DNA from: Thermoplasmata archaeon
GTDB lineage: Archaea; Thermoplasmatota; Thermoplasmata; Thermoplasmatales; ARK-15
Direction: 5' to 3'
DNA: 64,000 nucleotides
Assembly: GCA_039794005.1 (NCBI GenBank)
Contig: JBAMMA010000020.1
Coordinates: 1-64,000, forward strand
Part shown: piece by piece, positions 31,309 through 41,807 of the stretch
Layout: the number at the start of each line of letters is the position of its first letter
Numbering within the stretch: the first letter of the stretch is position 1
Notes under the pieces: generated by a model
Databases searched by the model: none
What the model was told of the DNA's origin: nothing
The model's input: only the letters and a program-made list of their open reading frames with translations
Program-made: the position numbers and the translations under genes

Positions 31309-31746
31309 ATGTTAAATTATAGAAAATTCACATTGAATGACTTAAGAATTGTCGCAGAAGTAGCTCGAAAGAATTTAACCGAAAGATATTCAGATGAGAT
31401 CTTTATATCAATTTATAGAAGATGGCCTGAAGGATTCATAGTAGCCGAAGATTTAGGAAATATTGTTGGTTTCATATGCGGTTCAATTGAAAATCCATGG
31501 ACAGCAAGGATTTTGATGCTAGCGGTAGATGAGGGATATAGAAATACCGGTATTGGATCTAAATTATTAGAACTTTTTGAAAATGAAGCCAGAAAGAAAA
31601 ATGTCACAAACATAAGATTAGAGGTAAGAATAGATAACAATAATGCAATAAGGTTTTACCAGAAAAGGAAATATATAATTTCAGACATTCTACCTAGGTA
31701 TTATTCAACAGGCGATGATGCCTACGTTATGATAAAAATTTTATAA
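31309..31746 (+). CDS. GNAT N-acetyltransferase (Ard1/RimI-like)
   Basis: LAVDEGYRNTGIGSKL, LEVR.DN..AI.FY, YY..G.DA..M. Confidence 0.9.
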   Translation: MLNYRKFTLNDLRIVAEVARKNLTERYSDEIFISIYRRWPEGFIVAEDLGNIVGFICGSIENPWTARILMLAVDEGYRNTGIGSKLLELFENEARKKNVTNIRLEVRIDNNNAIRFYQKRKYIISDILPRYYSTGDDAYVMIKIL

Positions 31747-31750
31747 AAAT

Positions 31751-32959
31751 TTAGAAAACATTTATTTTATCTTCCAAAATTTCATCTTGTAATTTTGTTA
31801 TTGAGGCTAGATTCCTGTCAGCAATTTCCTTAAATGCCCTTTCGTATTTTCTTATATCGACGCCCTCAGCTGGTATTACTTGAATGTTTGCAACATGCGG
31901 ATCATCAATCCTTCTTCCTATCTGACTCACTATCCTCACATGAACTTCTTTTATGTCATTTCCAGCCTCTTTGTATATTTCATCAGCAATTTTAAAGGCC
32001 AAAATGTTGTACAATTTCCCTACATGAGTAACAGGATTTTTGCCAGCGGCGGCCTCCATACTCATTGGTCTATATGGGGTTATCAATCCATTTACCCTGT
32101 TTCCCCTTCCAACAGAACCATCATCCCCATTTTCGAATGATAATCCTGTTACAGTTAAATAGAAGACATTATGCTCAGGAATATCTGCAGTATTTATATG
32201 AATGTTAACCTCTTTATCTGTAAACTTTCTTGAAAAATCCAGTAGCTTTTCTTTTAATTCTTCTTTTACATTCAAGTAATGTGCTTTGTCTGGAACGTAT
32301 TTATCCACGAATGCCTGTGCTATCGTTAAATTTATAGTATTTTCCTGCCTCATTCCCATTACCTTTACATCTTCACCTATTTCCTTGTATCTATCCCTCA
32401 AATAACCATTGATGTATCTTTCGGTTTCATATACCAATTTTTCTGTTTCTGAAAATGGTGCAAAGCCGACGCCAAATGATGTATCATTAGCTAATAATTT
32501 TGATGGATCATATACAGCCCTTAAATCTTGAGATCCCTGCCCTATTTTAACATCTATAACTACATCTTCTTCTATATTTAAATTTCTAAAATTCTTTTTC
32601 AGGTATTCTTTAGCTGCAGAAAGGGCAATAGTCCTGTATGGTATTCTTTCTTCATTTCCGTTGATATTGACTTTTGTAGTCGCTCTTCCTACTAATAGAA
32701 TATAAATTGGTTCAAGTATATTCCCTCCTCCAAATTTAGGTGAAGCCTGACCTCCTACAACCTGAGTTTCATCCGTGTTATGGTGCAATATCATCCCATA
32801 GTGTGATTTATAATATCTGCTCAAGGCTCTACTCACCGATTCAGCAAGACCATCAGCCACACTATCCGGATGACCAATTCCTTTCCTCTCCACGATCTCT
32901 ACTTTTCTATCCATTACTGCTAGTGATTGTAAATCTTCAACAACAATATTCCTCTGCAT
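31751..32959 (-). CDS. mat: S-adenosylmethionine synthetase (archaeal type)
   Basis: [48 protein letters not shown]; start MQRNIVVE at 32959 after GGTGA. Confidence 0.96.
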   Translation of the reverse strand: MQRNIVVEDLQSLAVMDRKVEIVERKGIGHPDSVADGLAESVSRALSRYYKSHYGMILHHNTDETQVVGGQASPKFGGGNILEPIYILLVGRATTKVNINGNEERIPYRTIALSAAKEYLKKNFRNLNIEEDVVIDVKIGQGSQDLRAVYDPSKLLANDTSFGVGFAPFSETEKLVYETERYINGYLRDRYKEIGEDVKVMGMRQENTINLTIAQAFVDKYVPDKAHYLNVKEELKEKLLDFSRKFTDKEVNIHINTADIPEHNVFYLTVTGLSFENGDDGSVGRGNRVNGLITPYRPMSMEAAAGKNPVTHVGKLYNILAFKIADEIYKEAGNDIKEVHVRIVSQIGRRIDDPHVANIQVIPAEGVDIRKYERAFKEIADRNLASITKLQDEILEDKINVF

Positions 32960-33009
32960 ATTTTTCACCCGGGTAATGTATAACATATTAATATTAAATA
33001 TTTTGTAAT

Positions 33010-33034
33010 ATAATATTACCAGTGGTAATATTAT
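33010..33034. promoter_or_regulatory. Perfect palindrome ATAATATTACCA-G-TGGTAATATTAT; candidate operator
   Basis: 12-bp arms with 1-bp spacer between divergent mat and the double-RHH gene. Confidence 0.6.
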
Positions 33035-33092
33035 TTTTAATTTATTTTGATTATTAAACAAAAAATATAAATAGAAATGATACATATATAAG

Positions 33093-33103
33093 TTGTCAGA
33101 CAA
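33093..33103. promoter_or_regulatory. Palindrome TTGTC-A-GACAA just upstream of the double-RHH gene; candidate autoregulatory site
   Basis: Read directly; directly follows a TATATAA box-like element. Confidence 0.4.
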
Positions 33104-33124
33104 AATAGAAAAAAGGTGTTATAA

Positions 33125-33442
33125 ATGTCTGATAATGAAAAGGATGAATACAGAATAACGGTAAGACTGGATAAAGATCTTTACATGGCTTTAAATAAAT
33201 TGGTCTCAGAAGGAGGGGTAAAAAGTATATCTGAATTAGTGAGAAATGCTTTGATAGAATACATTGAAGAACATTTAAAAACAGAAAATAAAAATTACAT
33301 TATTAAAAAAATAAGGCTAACAAAAATTGAATTAGAAAAAATCAAAGAAATTGTTGAATCTGGTGAGTTTATAGATGAACAAGAAGTAATCAGGAATGCA
33401 ATCAGAAAATATCTTGAATCTTTAGATGAAAATAAAAAGTAG
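33125..33442 (+). CDS. Tandem (double) ribbon-helix-helix protein
   Basis: RITVRL...L...L..LV..G...SISELVRNAL and KIRL....LE.I..IVESGEF.DEQEVIRNAIRKYL. Confidence 0.85.
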   Translation: MSDNEKDEYRITVRLDKDLYMALNKLVSEGGVKSISELVRNALIEYIEEHLKTENKNYIIKKIRLTKIELEKIKEIVESGEFIDEQEVIRNAIRKYLESLDENKK

Positions 33443-33448
33443 TTTGAA

Positions 33449-34501
33449 ATGAACGTTGGAGTTATTGGTGGTGGTTTTTCCGGTTTATATTATGGAAATT
33501 TGGATAAAGATTCAATAATTTATGAAGAACACCCATATGTGTATTTCAATGAGCATTGTACTGGCTTAGTAACCAAAAATGTTGTTGAAAGATTGAATCC
33601 ACAAATTTTAAATGAAATTTATGGAGCCAAGATTTACATAAAAGATATCAATTTAACAATAGAAAAAAAACATCCGGCGGCATTTGTAATAGATAGAAAA
33701 AAACTGGAAAATGATTTATATTTAAAAATAAAAGATAATGTTCTCTTGAACAATAGAATAAAGGAAATAAAGAAAAATAATGGAAAATTTATATTAAAAA
33801 CGGAAAATAATGAATATGTTCATGATAGAATTATAATTTCTGATGGGCCAAATTCAACGTTTAGGAAAATGGTTTATGGCTATAAATTTAAATTAATTAA
33901 TGCGATTCAGGCAGAAATTGATTATAATTATGTTGAAAAGGAATATGTATCAATATTTTTGGATAGTAAATATTCTCAGGGTTTTTTTGCATGGGCAGTT
34001 CCAAGGAAATATGATATGCTGGTGGGATTAGCAACATATGATAAAAATGTGAAAAACAAATTATTTAAATTAATAAATGACAGATTTGAAAATTCCAAAA
34101 TTATAAAAATATTTGGAGGATTAATACCCATTGGATATCCTAAGTTGGTGGAAAAGGATCATATATATTTAATTGGAGATGCTGGATATTTCAACAAGGC
34201 TACTTCAGGCGGGGGTCTTTATTATGGAATCCTATCAGCCGAAATGGCATATTTAAGTATCAAGAATAATAAAAATTATAACAAATTGATAGATATCTAT
34301 AAAAAAGAATTATTTTATGATTATTTAATACATAAATGGTATTCAAAATTAGACGATCAATATAAATATAAGTTTATAAAGAAGATTAATAAAAAGGATA
34401 TTATCCAATATATAAATAAAATTGGAGATATTGATAGACCATTTCTGCTTATTAAAAATTTAATTTTCAATCCAAAGGTTTTAACATATTTTATTTTTTA
34501 A
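33449..34501 (+). CDS. Geranylgeranyl reductase-family FAD oxidoreductase
   Basis: GGGFSG, HCTGLV, DG..S, FFAWAVP, IGDAG...KATSGGG. Confidence 0.82.
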   Translation: MNVGVIGGGFSGLYYGNLDKDSIIYEEHPYVYFNEHCTGLVTKNVVERLNPQILNEIYGAKIYIKDINLTIEKKHPAAFVIDRKKLENDLYLKIKDNVLLNNRIKEIKKNNGKFILKTENNEYVHDRIIISDGPNSTFRKMVYGYKFKLINAIQAEIDYNYVEKEYVSIFLDSKYSQGFFAWAVPRKYDMLVGLATYDKNVKNKLFKLINDRFENSKIIKIFGGLIPIGYPKLVEKDHIYLIGDAGYFNKATSGGGLYYGILSAEMAYLSIKNNKNYNKLIDIYKKELFYDYLIHKWYSKLDDQYKYKFIKKINKKDIIQYINKIGDIDRPFLLIKNLIFNPKVLTYFIF

Positions 34502-34552
34502 TTTAAAATACATATGATACAAGAGAAAAATTTAAATATGCGTTTAAATCTA

Positions 34553-34567
34553 TTAACATTTAGTTAA
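34553..34567 (+). promoter_or_regulatory. Heat-shock repressor operator TTAAC-N5-GTTAA (HSR1/Phr-like)
   Basis: Inverted repeat downstream of TTTAAATA box (34531-34538) and upstream of hsp20; resembles the Archaeoglobus HSR1 site CTAAC-N5-GTTAG. Confidence 0.65.
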
Positions 34568-34581
34568 AGGGAGGGATAGAG

Positions 34582-35118
34582 ATGGTCTTTAGAAAAAGGA
34601 AGGATAAAGATGATGATTATGATTACTTTGATGACTTTTTCTTCGAGGATTTTGACGAAGAGTTTAGGAAACTGAATGAAAGGATAATGAGGATATTTAA
34701 TGAACTTTCAAAACAAGGTACCAATATAGAAGGTCCTTTTGTATATGGATTTTCAATGAGGATCGGTCCAGATGGTAAACCGATGATTAATGAATTCGGT
34801 AATCTGCCAGGATTAAAAACAAAGGAATTGGAAAATATTAGGGAACCCTTGGTAGATATCAATGAAGATGAAAATTACTATTATATCACTGCTGAAATAC
34901 CCGGTGTTGAAAAAGATCAGATAAATCTTGAAGTTAATGATAATTCAATGATAATTTCCGTGGACGTGCCAGAAAGAAAATATTATAAAGAGCTGGAGTT
35001 CCCAACACCTGTAAAACCAGACACCGCAAAAGCAACATATCATAACGGAATACTGGATATAAAAATAGAGAAGAAAGAACCAACGAAGAAGAAAGGTAAA
35101 AAAATAAACATTGAATAA
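34582..35118 (+). CDS. hsp20: Archaeal small heat shock protein Hsp20
   Basis: GPFVYGFSMRIGPDGKP..EFGN, REPLVD, AEIPGV.K, ATYHNGILD, I-x-I tail. Confidence 0.94.
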   Translation: MVFRKRKDKDDDYDYFDDFFFEDFDEEFRKLNERIMRIFNELSKQGTNIEGPFVYGFSMRIGPDGKPMINEFGNLPGLKTKELENIREPLVDINEDENYYYITAEIPGVEKDQINLEVNDNSMIISVDVPERKYYKELEFPTPVKPDTAKATYHNGILDIKIEKKEPTKKKGKKINIE

Positions 35119-35677
35119 GGCAATGAAATTCGGTAAATTAATCAACACACCAGTTAAAGAGAAAATACTTAGGGAGATAATTTTACAAAACAATGGAGTA
35201 TCATCGATATCCAGAAAAGTCGGTGTTTCTGCACCTGCTGTATTCAAAAATCTAAAATTATTTCAAAATTTAAAAGTTATTAAAGAGGTGAAAAGTGATA
35301 ACAATTTAAAATCAATTTATAAGATAAATATTCCTTTGTTTGGGATATTTTATTTAAATGATTATTCTTTATATATTAGAGAATTTGATAATTTTAATTA
35401 TGATTCTGGAGAAAAAAATATTTCTTTGAATGATTTAGATAAAATGATATCCAAGGAAATAGAAAATCTATTGTTTTTGCTAAATTTAAGAAATATTAAG
35501 GTCCATAAATTGATGAAAGAAATAAATGAAAAAAATTTAAGTGAATTTGAAAAAAGGATAATACAATTATATTTGTCAGGTGAAGATCTGGAAAGGATCT
35601 CTAAGGAAATGAAAATTGATATAAATTTTATAAAAGAGTCCGTTGAAAAATTTTTGAAAGATGTTAATGAATTATAA
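35111..35677 (+). CDS. Winged-HTH (ArsR-like) transcription regulator, putative HSR1/Phr-type heat-shock repressor
   Basis: KEKIL......GVSSISRKVGVSAPAVFKNLK.F....VI; overlaps the hsp20 stop. Confidence 0.65.
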   Translation: MNKAMKFGKLINTPVKEKILREIILQNNGVSSISRKVGVSAPAVFKNLKLFQNLKVIKEVKSDNNLKSIYKINIPLFGIFYLNDYSLYIREFDNFNYDSGEKNISLNDLDKMISKEIENLLFLLNLRNIKVHKLMKEINEKNLSEFEKRIIQLYLSGEDLERISKEMKIDINFIKESVEKFLKDVNEL

Positions 35678-35936
35678 GCATTTTAACTCCCAATCTGCTC
35701 AACAAATTTTCAATATTCAATGCTTTCATATTCATTGAAATTATGGAATTGCTTCTCAAGACAATTATATCAAAATTTTTTAATTGATTTTCATCATTTA
35801 TTGAAATGCAGTTAAATTCAGAATTAAATTTATCGCAATTATTTGATATGATAATAATGTCTTTACTTATTTCTAATGCATAATTTAATAAAGGTATATC
35901 GAATGATTCAGGCATATATATAGCTATTTTATACAT
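35664..35936 (-). CDS. Small hypothetical protein, possibly a minimal USP-like domain
   Basis: YKIAIY...S...LNYALE, FDIIVL and ENLLSRLGVKMLIIH resemble USP secondary-structure motifs. Confidence 0.55.
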   Translation of the reverse strand: MYKIAIYMPESFDIPLLNYALEISKDIIIISNNCDKFNSEFNCISINDENQLKNFDIIVLRSNSIISMNMKALNIENLLSRLGVKMLIIH

Positions 35937-35997
35937 GCCACTCAGCCCGCCCGTCTTTAATCATTTTTCATTCTAGATATTTATCATCATCGTGGCA
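35936..35997 (-). ncRNA. Box C/D guide sRNA, predicted target 16S rRNA C1402 (E. coli numbering)
   Basis: TGCCAC-G-ATGATGA (C)-12 nt-ATGA (D')-AAA-ATGATTA (C')-AAGACGGGCGGG-CTGA (D)-GTGGCA; 6-bp terminal stem; GC-rich guide in an AT-rich context. Confidence 0.85.
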
Positions 35998-36079
35998 ATT
36001 GATATATTTGTTTTTATTATTTAATCTTTAATTTTTAAAATAAAAACATTTTTAAACTTTTTCACCATTATTGAAAAAA

Positions 36080-36153
36080 GGGCTCGTAGCTTAGCTAGGT
36101 AGAGCGTTCGGCTCTTAACCGAATGGTCAGGGGTTCAAATCCCCTCGAGCCCG
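36080..36153 (+). tRNA. tRNA-Lys (anticodon CTT), no intron, CCA not encoded
   Basis: GGGCTCG/CGAGCCC acceptor stem, TTCGG-CTCTTAA-CCGAA anticodon arm, GGTTCAAATCC T-loop. Confidence 0.96.
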
Positions 36154-36234
36154 TGCATGTAAATTGAATATTTTAATAAAAAATATTGATTATTTTAATT
36201 TAAAAAATTTTTAAAGATTATATTTTTCATTTAT

Positions 36235-37020
36235 TCATATTTCGTCCAACCTTTTAATGTCTTCATTTTCTAGAGAAAAATCTAAAGATCCTAAAATTTC
36301 TGACATATGCTCCTTATTTTCAGCTTTAGGGATTGGAAATGTTAATTCCTTGTTAATTAAATAGTTAAGACTTATCTGAATCATCGTTTTATCATATTTT
36401 TTCGCAATTTCATTCAATACATTTATTTCTTTTACCATCCCTCTTTCAATCGGTGTGTATGCCAATATCGATATTTTATTTGATTTTAATATTTCATCTG
36501 TATCGTAATAAAAATCTTTATCTATAACGCTGAATTTTATTTCATCGGCTTGTATATCATAATTTGAAATTTTGATAGCCTTTTCTAAATCCTTTTTATT
36601 GAAATTACTAACACCTATATATCTTGTATAACCTTTTTTTATAACGATTTCGAAATTTTTTATTTGTTCTTCAATTGAAATTTCCCTATTTGGCCAATGT
36701 ATAAGCATTAAATCAACGTAATTCACATTCATTCTTTTTAAAGAATTTAATGCTGCCTTTTCCACTTTTTCCTGTGTATATAATTTATCAGGCCAAATTT
36801 TCGTAACAATAAACAATCTATTTCTTCCTACCTTTTCAATCAATAATTTCACGAAATCTTCAGTTCCATAAATTTCAGCGGTATCAATAATTTCAACACC
36901 TGCCTCTATTGCTAATTGAAATGATTCCAATGCCCTTTGATAATTTTTTATATTATATGTGCCAAGACCAAGGGGAAATAAAAATTCACCTGTATGGCCA
37001 ATTTCCTTTTTGTTTATCAT
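36235..37020 (-). CDS. Aldo/keto reductase
   Basis: LGLGT, IDTAEIYG.E, FIVTK, DL..IHWP, IGVSNF, AYTP, PIPK. Confidence 0.92.
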   Translation of the reverse strand: MINKKEIGHTGEFLFPLGLGTYNIKNYQRALESFQLAIEAGVEIIDTAEIYGTEDFVKLLIEKVGRNRLFIVTKIWPDKLYTQEKVEKAALNSLKRMNVNYVDLMLIHWPNREISIEEQIKNFEIVIKKGYTRYIGVSNFNKKDLEKAIKISNYDIQADEIKFSVIDKDFYYDTDEILKSNKISILAYTPIERGMVKEINVLNEIAKKYDKTMIQISLNYLINKELTFPIPKAENKEHMSEILGSLDFSLENEDIKRLDEI

Positions 37021-37105
37021 ATTTAAAATAATGAAACATCCAGATTAATAATTTTATTTATTTAAACATGAACATTATTATATTTCTTGTTAATAATCGT
37101 TTTAA

Positions 37106-38626
37106 ATGGATATAACTACAGAAAACACTGGTGAAGGCCTACTATACCAATACTTAGCAAACATTATAATTACCATTTCGGGAATGTTTTTTTACCTCTA
37201 CACGATTCATTATTTTAACACAGATGTTGTTGGTCTTTTTTCCTTATTACTTGCTATTGCATCCCTCTTTAACATTCTATTTTCATTGGGTTTTCCTGCT
37301 GCCATTTCTCATTTTATTTCTTATAGCATTGGTCGAAGGTATTCTGGTGATATTAAAAAAATTATAAAATATGGAATTTTAATAGGATTATCCATTTCCT
37401 TAATTTCATTTTTATTTGTCTTCTCATTTTCTGAATACATTTCTAATTTGTTTTTTCACAATGAATATGACCTGTATCTGAAGTTACTATCTTTTGATAT
37501 ATTTTTAATGGTTTTAAACAATTTTCTAGTCTCAATACTATTTGGACTGCAAAAATTCAAATATGTTTCCATAGTACAATCATCAGGCAATTTAATTTCA
37601 TATTTTTCTGGGTTTATAATTTATCAATTTATTCATATATTATATATAATAATTATTGGATGGATTTTAGGCAATTTCATAATAACCATTTTTTCAATAA
37701 TATTAATAATCATTTATGATAAAAACATCAAAGTTGATAATCAAAACGAATTTAATATAAAAAAGATGTTTGCATATTCAATTCCAATTTATGCATCAAA
37801 CATATTAGGATATGGAGCGACATACGTAGACAGATTTGTTGTCTCTTATTTTTTGAATTTAAGTGATTTTGGTATTTATTCTTTAGCTATTTTAATGGTC
37901 ACAGCGTTAGGGTTTTTGCAGGGACCATTAAATAATGTTTTGCTACCAAAATTTTCAAAATTTTTTGGTGAAAATGATTTATACTCTTTAAAATTATATT
38001 CCTCAAAAGCCTTTATCTATATTCTTATAATAAATGTATCATTAACGTTTATATTGGCTGGTTTATCACCCTGGATTATAATTTTTATTTCGAATGAAAA
38101 TTACTTACAAGCGGCAATACCTTTCACCATAATTTCAATAATTATATCCATTTCCTTATCAGGGGGTGTATTATCTGTAGAAATACAAAGTGTTAGAAGA
38201 AATTGGATATTTGTAATATCATCATTAGTTGCAATATTAACAAATGTAACATTATGTTTTGCACTCATTCCTAATTATAAATTGATAGGTGCAGGCATCG
38301 CATTTTCAATTTCTACATTAATATATACGATAATCCTTTTGTTTTATACCTTAAAATTAAATATTTTTAAACTGGATATTACAAATATTATAAAAATTTA
38401 TATTTCAGGATTAATTGTATTTTTAATATTAATTTTTATACAAAAATTTTTATTCTATTCAACAATAAAATTATTTTTGTTAATAATTTTTGGTTATTCA
38501 ATTTACATCCTTTTAATAAGAAGTTTCAGAATTTTGAAAGAGGAAGATTTGGAAATAATAAAATCAATTACACCTAAAAAATTTTATAAGATTGTTGAAT
38601 TTTTTGAAATATTATTGTTTAGCTGA
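37106..38626 (+). CDS. Oligosaccharide flippase (Wzx/MOP superfamily)
   Basis: About 14 TM helices; YSIP......G...VDR.VV......FGIYSLA; LIP.Y.LIGAGIA. Confidence 0.82.
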   Translation: MDITTENTGEGLLYQYLANIIITISGMFFYLYTIHYFNTDVVGLFSLLLAIASLFNILFSLGFPAAISHFISYSIGRRYSGDIKKIIKYGILIGLSISLISFLFVFSFSEYISNLFFHNEYDLYLKLLSFDIFLMVLNNFLVSILFGLQKFKYVSIVQSSGNLISYFSGFIIYQFIHILYIIIIGWILGNFIITIFSIILIIIYDKNIKVDNQNEFNIKKMFAYSIPIYASNILGYGATYVDRFVVSYFLNLSDFGIYSLAILMVTALGFLQGPLNNVLLPKFSKFFGENDLYSLKLYSSKAFIYILIINVSLTFILAGLSPWIIIFISNENYLQAAIPFTIISIIISISLSGGVLSVEIQSVRRNWIFVISSLVAILTNVTLCFALIPNYKLIGAGIAFSISTLIYTIILLFYTLKLNIFKLDITNIIKIYISGLIVFLILIFIQKFLFYSTIKLFLLIIFGYSIYILLIRSFRILKEEDLEIIKSITPKKFYKIVEFFEILLFS

Positions 38627-39250
38627 TTCATTATTTTTATTATCCTTCTTTGGAAGTTTGTAAATTTTATTTCCAATAAGCGTGTTATTTGGAATTAAAA
38701 CGATTGTGTTGTCATCCTTGGTAATTTCTGTGAACAAAATTCCTATATCTGTCACTATTCCAGTATCGCCTGTCAATGTAACTAGTTCACCATGCTTCAA
38801 TGCCTTTGAAAACATTAAAAACAATCCTGCAACGGCTTGGCCAAGGGTATGTTGCGTAGCATAGCCTATGACAATACCTAAAAATCCGCCAACCGAAACT
38901 CCAGCTAGACCTCCACCAACTTCACCAGCAATAACAGTCAAAAGTGCACCCACACCTATTATTAAAAACACATTTCTTATGGGCTTTGCAACATCATCTG
39001 AATATCTTTTATTCATAAATGCATACATAATATTTGCAAAGCTACTTATTAGAAAATATCCAAAAATCAGGGTTAATGTTACATTTATGTATATTAAATA
39101 GATCTGAAGATCAATGTTGAATCTTGGAAGAAATACATCTACTAACCATACAACCAATGCGGATATGATTATGAAGGCAGAAATCCAAACTATGAAATCC
39201 ACAATTGCACCCGTAATGGTTAATCTCTTCAATTTATTTTCATGTGTCAT
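38612..39250 (-). CDS. Small MscS-family mechanosensitive channel
   Basis: GIVIGYATQHTLGQAVAGLFL, GE.V...G..G.V.DIG...T........V.IPN; lacks the C-terminal vestibule domain. Confidence 0.82.
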   Translation of the reverse strand: MTHENKLKRLTITGAIVDFIVWISAFIIISALVVWLVDVFLPRFNIDLQIYLIYINVTLTLIFGYFLISSFANIMYAFMNKRYSDDVAKPIRNVFLIIGVGALLTVIAGEVGGGLAGVSVGGFLGIVIGYATQHTLGQAVAGLFLMFSKALKHGELVTLTGDTGIVTDIGILFTEITKDDNTIVLIPNNTLIGNKIYKLPKKDNKNNESAKQ

Positions 39251-39352
39251 AATATTAAATTTTAATTTATTTATTTAAATTTTCTTAAATTTAAAAACAA
39301 TTCAAAAAATTAATAAATTTCACATTATTATACATTTTGTAGGGTGGTTTAA

Positions 39353-40486
39353 TTGATTTTGAATGAAGATTATGAACTCGTTAGAAAACTTGCTAAAGAT
39401 TTTTCGGAGAAAGTAATTCAACCAAAAAATAAAATTATAGAAAGTCAAACTATACCGAGGGAAATATATGATGAATTGGCTAAAATAGGTTTTACGGGTG
39501 TCATAATACCTCATGAATACGGAGGCGCCGGATTTGACACTTTAAGCTATGTAATAATTTTGGAAGAATTAGCAAGAGTATCCCCATCTGTTTCAGTTGC
39601 AATGGATGTCCAAAACGGTCTCGTTGAATATCCAATATTGACATGGGGTTCAGATTATTTGAAGAATAAATATTTACCAAAATTGGCTAAGGGGGAATGG
39701 ATAGGCGCATATGCATTAACAGAACCTCAAGCAGGAAGTGATGCTGCAAATGTTCAACTAAAGGCTGAGAAAAAAGGTTCTGAATATATATTAAATGGAA
39801 ATAAATTTTTCATAACAAATGCAAATCATGCAAATCTTTTCATTGTATTTGGAAGAACGGGATATGGTCAAAAGAGGCATGAAGGTATTACTGCATTTAT
39901 AGTTGAAAGAAATTTTGATGGATTTGAGATAGGTGAAGATTATAAAAAATTGGGTGTCAGAGGTTCAAGTACAGCCGAATTAATATTTAATAATGTGCAT
40001 GTTCCAGAGGAAAATGTTCTGGGTGAAATTGGAAAAGGATTCTACATTGCTATGAATACACTAAACATGGGTAGAATAGGCATAGGTGCACAAGCCCTGG
40101 GAATTGCGCAAGCATCTTTAGAAAAGAGCATCGAATATATGAAACAAAGGGAGGCATTTAATAAAAAGTTAGCTGAATTTGAAGGATTACAATTCCAATT
40201 GGCTGAAATTGCAACAGACGTAGAAGCTGCAAGGTTGTTGGTATATGATGCAGCAATGCGTGCCGATAAAAATTTGCCATTCATAAAAGAGGCAAGTATG
40301 GCTAAATACTTTTCCAGCAAAGTTGCAATGGAGGCATCAAGATTTGCAGTACAAGTACATGGTGGTTATGGATTTATTGAGGATTTTGATGTAGAAAGGT
40401 ATTATAGAGATGCAAAAATTACTGAAATATATGAGGGTACAACAGAAATTCAAAAATTGGTCATTGCAAGAGAATTGCTGAAGTGA
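39353..40486 (+). CDS. Short/branched-chain acyl-CoA dehydrogenase
   Basis: [46 protein letters not shown]. Confidence 0.94.
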   Translation: MILNEDYELVRKLAKDFSEKVIQPKNKIIESQTIPREIYDELAKIGFTGVIIPHEYGGAGFDTLSYVIILEELARVSPSVSVAMDVQNGLVEYPILTWGSDYLKNKYLPKLAKGEWIGAYALTEPQAGSDAANVQLKAEKKGSEYILNGNKFFITNANHANLFIVFGRTGYGQKRHEGITAFIVERNFDGFEIGEDYKKLGVRGSSTAELIFNNVHVPEENVLGEIGKGFYIAMNTLNMGRIGIGAQALGIAQASLEKSIEYMKQREAFNKKLAEFEGLQFQLAEIATDVEAARLLVYDAAMRADKNLPFIKEASMAKYFSSKVAMEASRFAVQVHGGYGFIEDFDVERYYRDAKITEIYEGTTEIQKLVIARELLK

Positions 40487-40893
40487 TTGAAATGAGGAAA
40501 ATAAGGATTTTAATAGCAAAACCCGGTTTAGATGGACATGACAGAGGGGCAAAGGTATTAGCAAGAGCTTTAATGGAGGAAGGTTTTGAAGTCATATACA
40601 CAGGAATTCATCAAACCGCTGAAGACATAGTTAGAACAGCAATTGAAGAAGATGTTGATGTAATCGGGCTAAGCATTTTGTCTGGGGCACATATGTACCA
40701 CTTTACTAGGGTTTTGGAGTTGATGAAAAATAATAATTTAAATGATGTTTTGCTTATAGGAGGGGGCATTGTGCCCACAGATGACAAAGAAAAATTAAAA
40801 AGCATGGGAGTTGCAGAGATATTCATGCCCGGAACTCCAATAAAGGAAATTTCAGAATTTATTAGAAAAAATATAAAGAGGCCTCTAGAATGA
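40483..40893 (+). CDS. Acyl-CoA mutase small, cobalamin-binding subunit
   Basis: [13 protein letters not shown] (DxHxxG), [18 protein letters not shown]. Confidence 0.94.
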   Translation: MIEMRKIRILIAKPGLDGHDRGAKVLARALMEEGFEVIYTGIHQTAEDIVRTAIEEDVDVIGLSILSGAHMYHFTRVLELMKNNNLNDVLLIGGGIVPTDDKEKLKSMGVAEIFMPGTPIKEISEFIRKNIKRPLE

Positions 40894-41807
40894 TAAACAT
40901 TGTAAATAACAAGATGGAGATATCAAAATTGATAACTAAAATTGAAAATCATGATGATGAATTATCAACATGGGCAATAAAAAATATAAAAGGTGCTCAG
41001 ATAATAGGTATAACCGGTGTTTTTGGTAGTGGGAAATCAACAATAATATCGAAATTGGCTTTAAGATATTTGGCAGAAAATAAAAAAGTAGCAATATTAG
41101 GGATCGATCCAAGCAGTCCATTTTCAGGAGGGGCTGTTTTAGGTGATAGAATTAGAATGAAAGAATTGAATAAATATGATAATGTATACATAAGATCATT
41201 ATCCTCTAAAGGTAAAATTGGAGGTCTAAGTTATTTTACAGCTGATGTTGTAAATTTATTTGATGCACTTGGATATGAAATAATAATTATAGAAACAGTT
41301 GGTTCTGGCCAGGATGAGGTAGATATATACAATATAGCACATACAGTTGTAGTCATTCATGTTCCAACTTTAGGCGATGAAGTACAAGTTATAAAGGCAG
41401 GCCAGATGGAAATAGGAGATATCTTTGTTGTCAACAAGGCCGATCAAGGTCCTGCCGATGAAAAGGTAAGGGAAATTGAAACACTCATTACGCCAAAAAA
41501 CAATGGATGGTCACCTAAAATAGTAAAAACTGTAGCGGTTAGAAATCAAAATATAGATGAATTAAAAAATTTAATTGATGAACATTATAAATTTTTAAAG
41601 GAAAACAATCTTTTAAAAGAAAAATTGATTTTAAGGTTAAAATATTTAATAAAACAGCACTTAAATTATAAAATAGATAATATTATGAATTCAACACTCT
41701 CTGATCAAATTGCAGAAACATTATTAAAGGATAAGGATGTAAAGAGTTCAGTAAATGAATTGCTGAAAATACTGGGTGATAATTATGGAAAGGGAGGAAA
41801 TATTTAA
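40890..41807 (+). CDS. meaB: MeaB/ArgK G-protein chaperone for B12 mutase
   Basis: [39 protein letters not shown]. Confidence 0.92.
   Translation: MINIVNNKMEISKLITKIENHDDELSTWAIKNIKGAQIIGITGVFGSGKSTIISKLALRYLAENKKVAILGIDPSSPFSGGAVLGDRIRMKELNKYDNVYIRSLSSKGKIGGLSYFTADVVNLFDALGYEIIIIETVGSGQDEVDIYNIAHTVVVIHVPTLGDEVQVIKAGQMEIGDIFVVNKADQGPADEKVREIETLITPKNNGWSPKIVKTVAVRNQNIDELKNLIDEHYKFLKENNLLKEKLILRLKYLIKQHLNYKIDNIMNSTLSDQIAETLLKDKDVKSSVNELLKILGDNYGKGGNI

Noticed and set aside
36080-39250. Possible integrated element at tRNA-Lys (AKR, flippase, MscS)
   Set aside because: No integrase and no duplicated tRNA 3' end seen; genes may be old acquisitions but no element boundary is supportable
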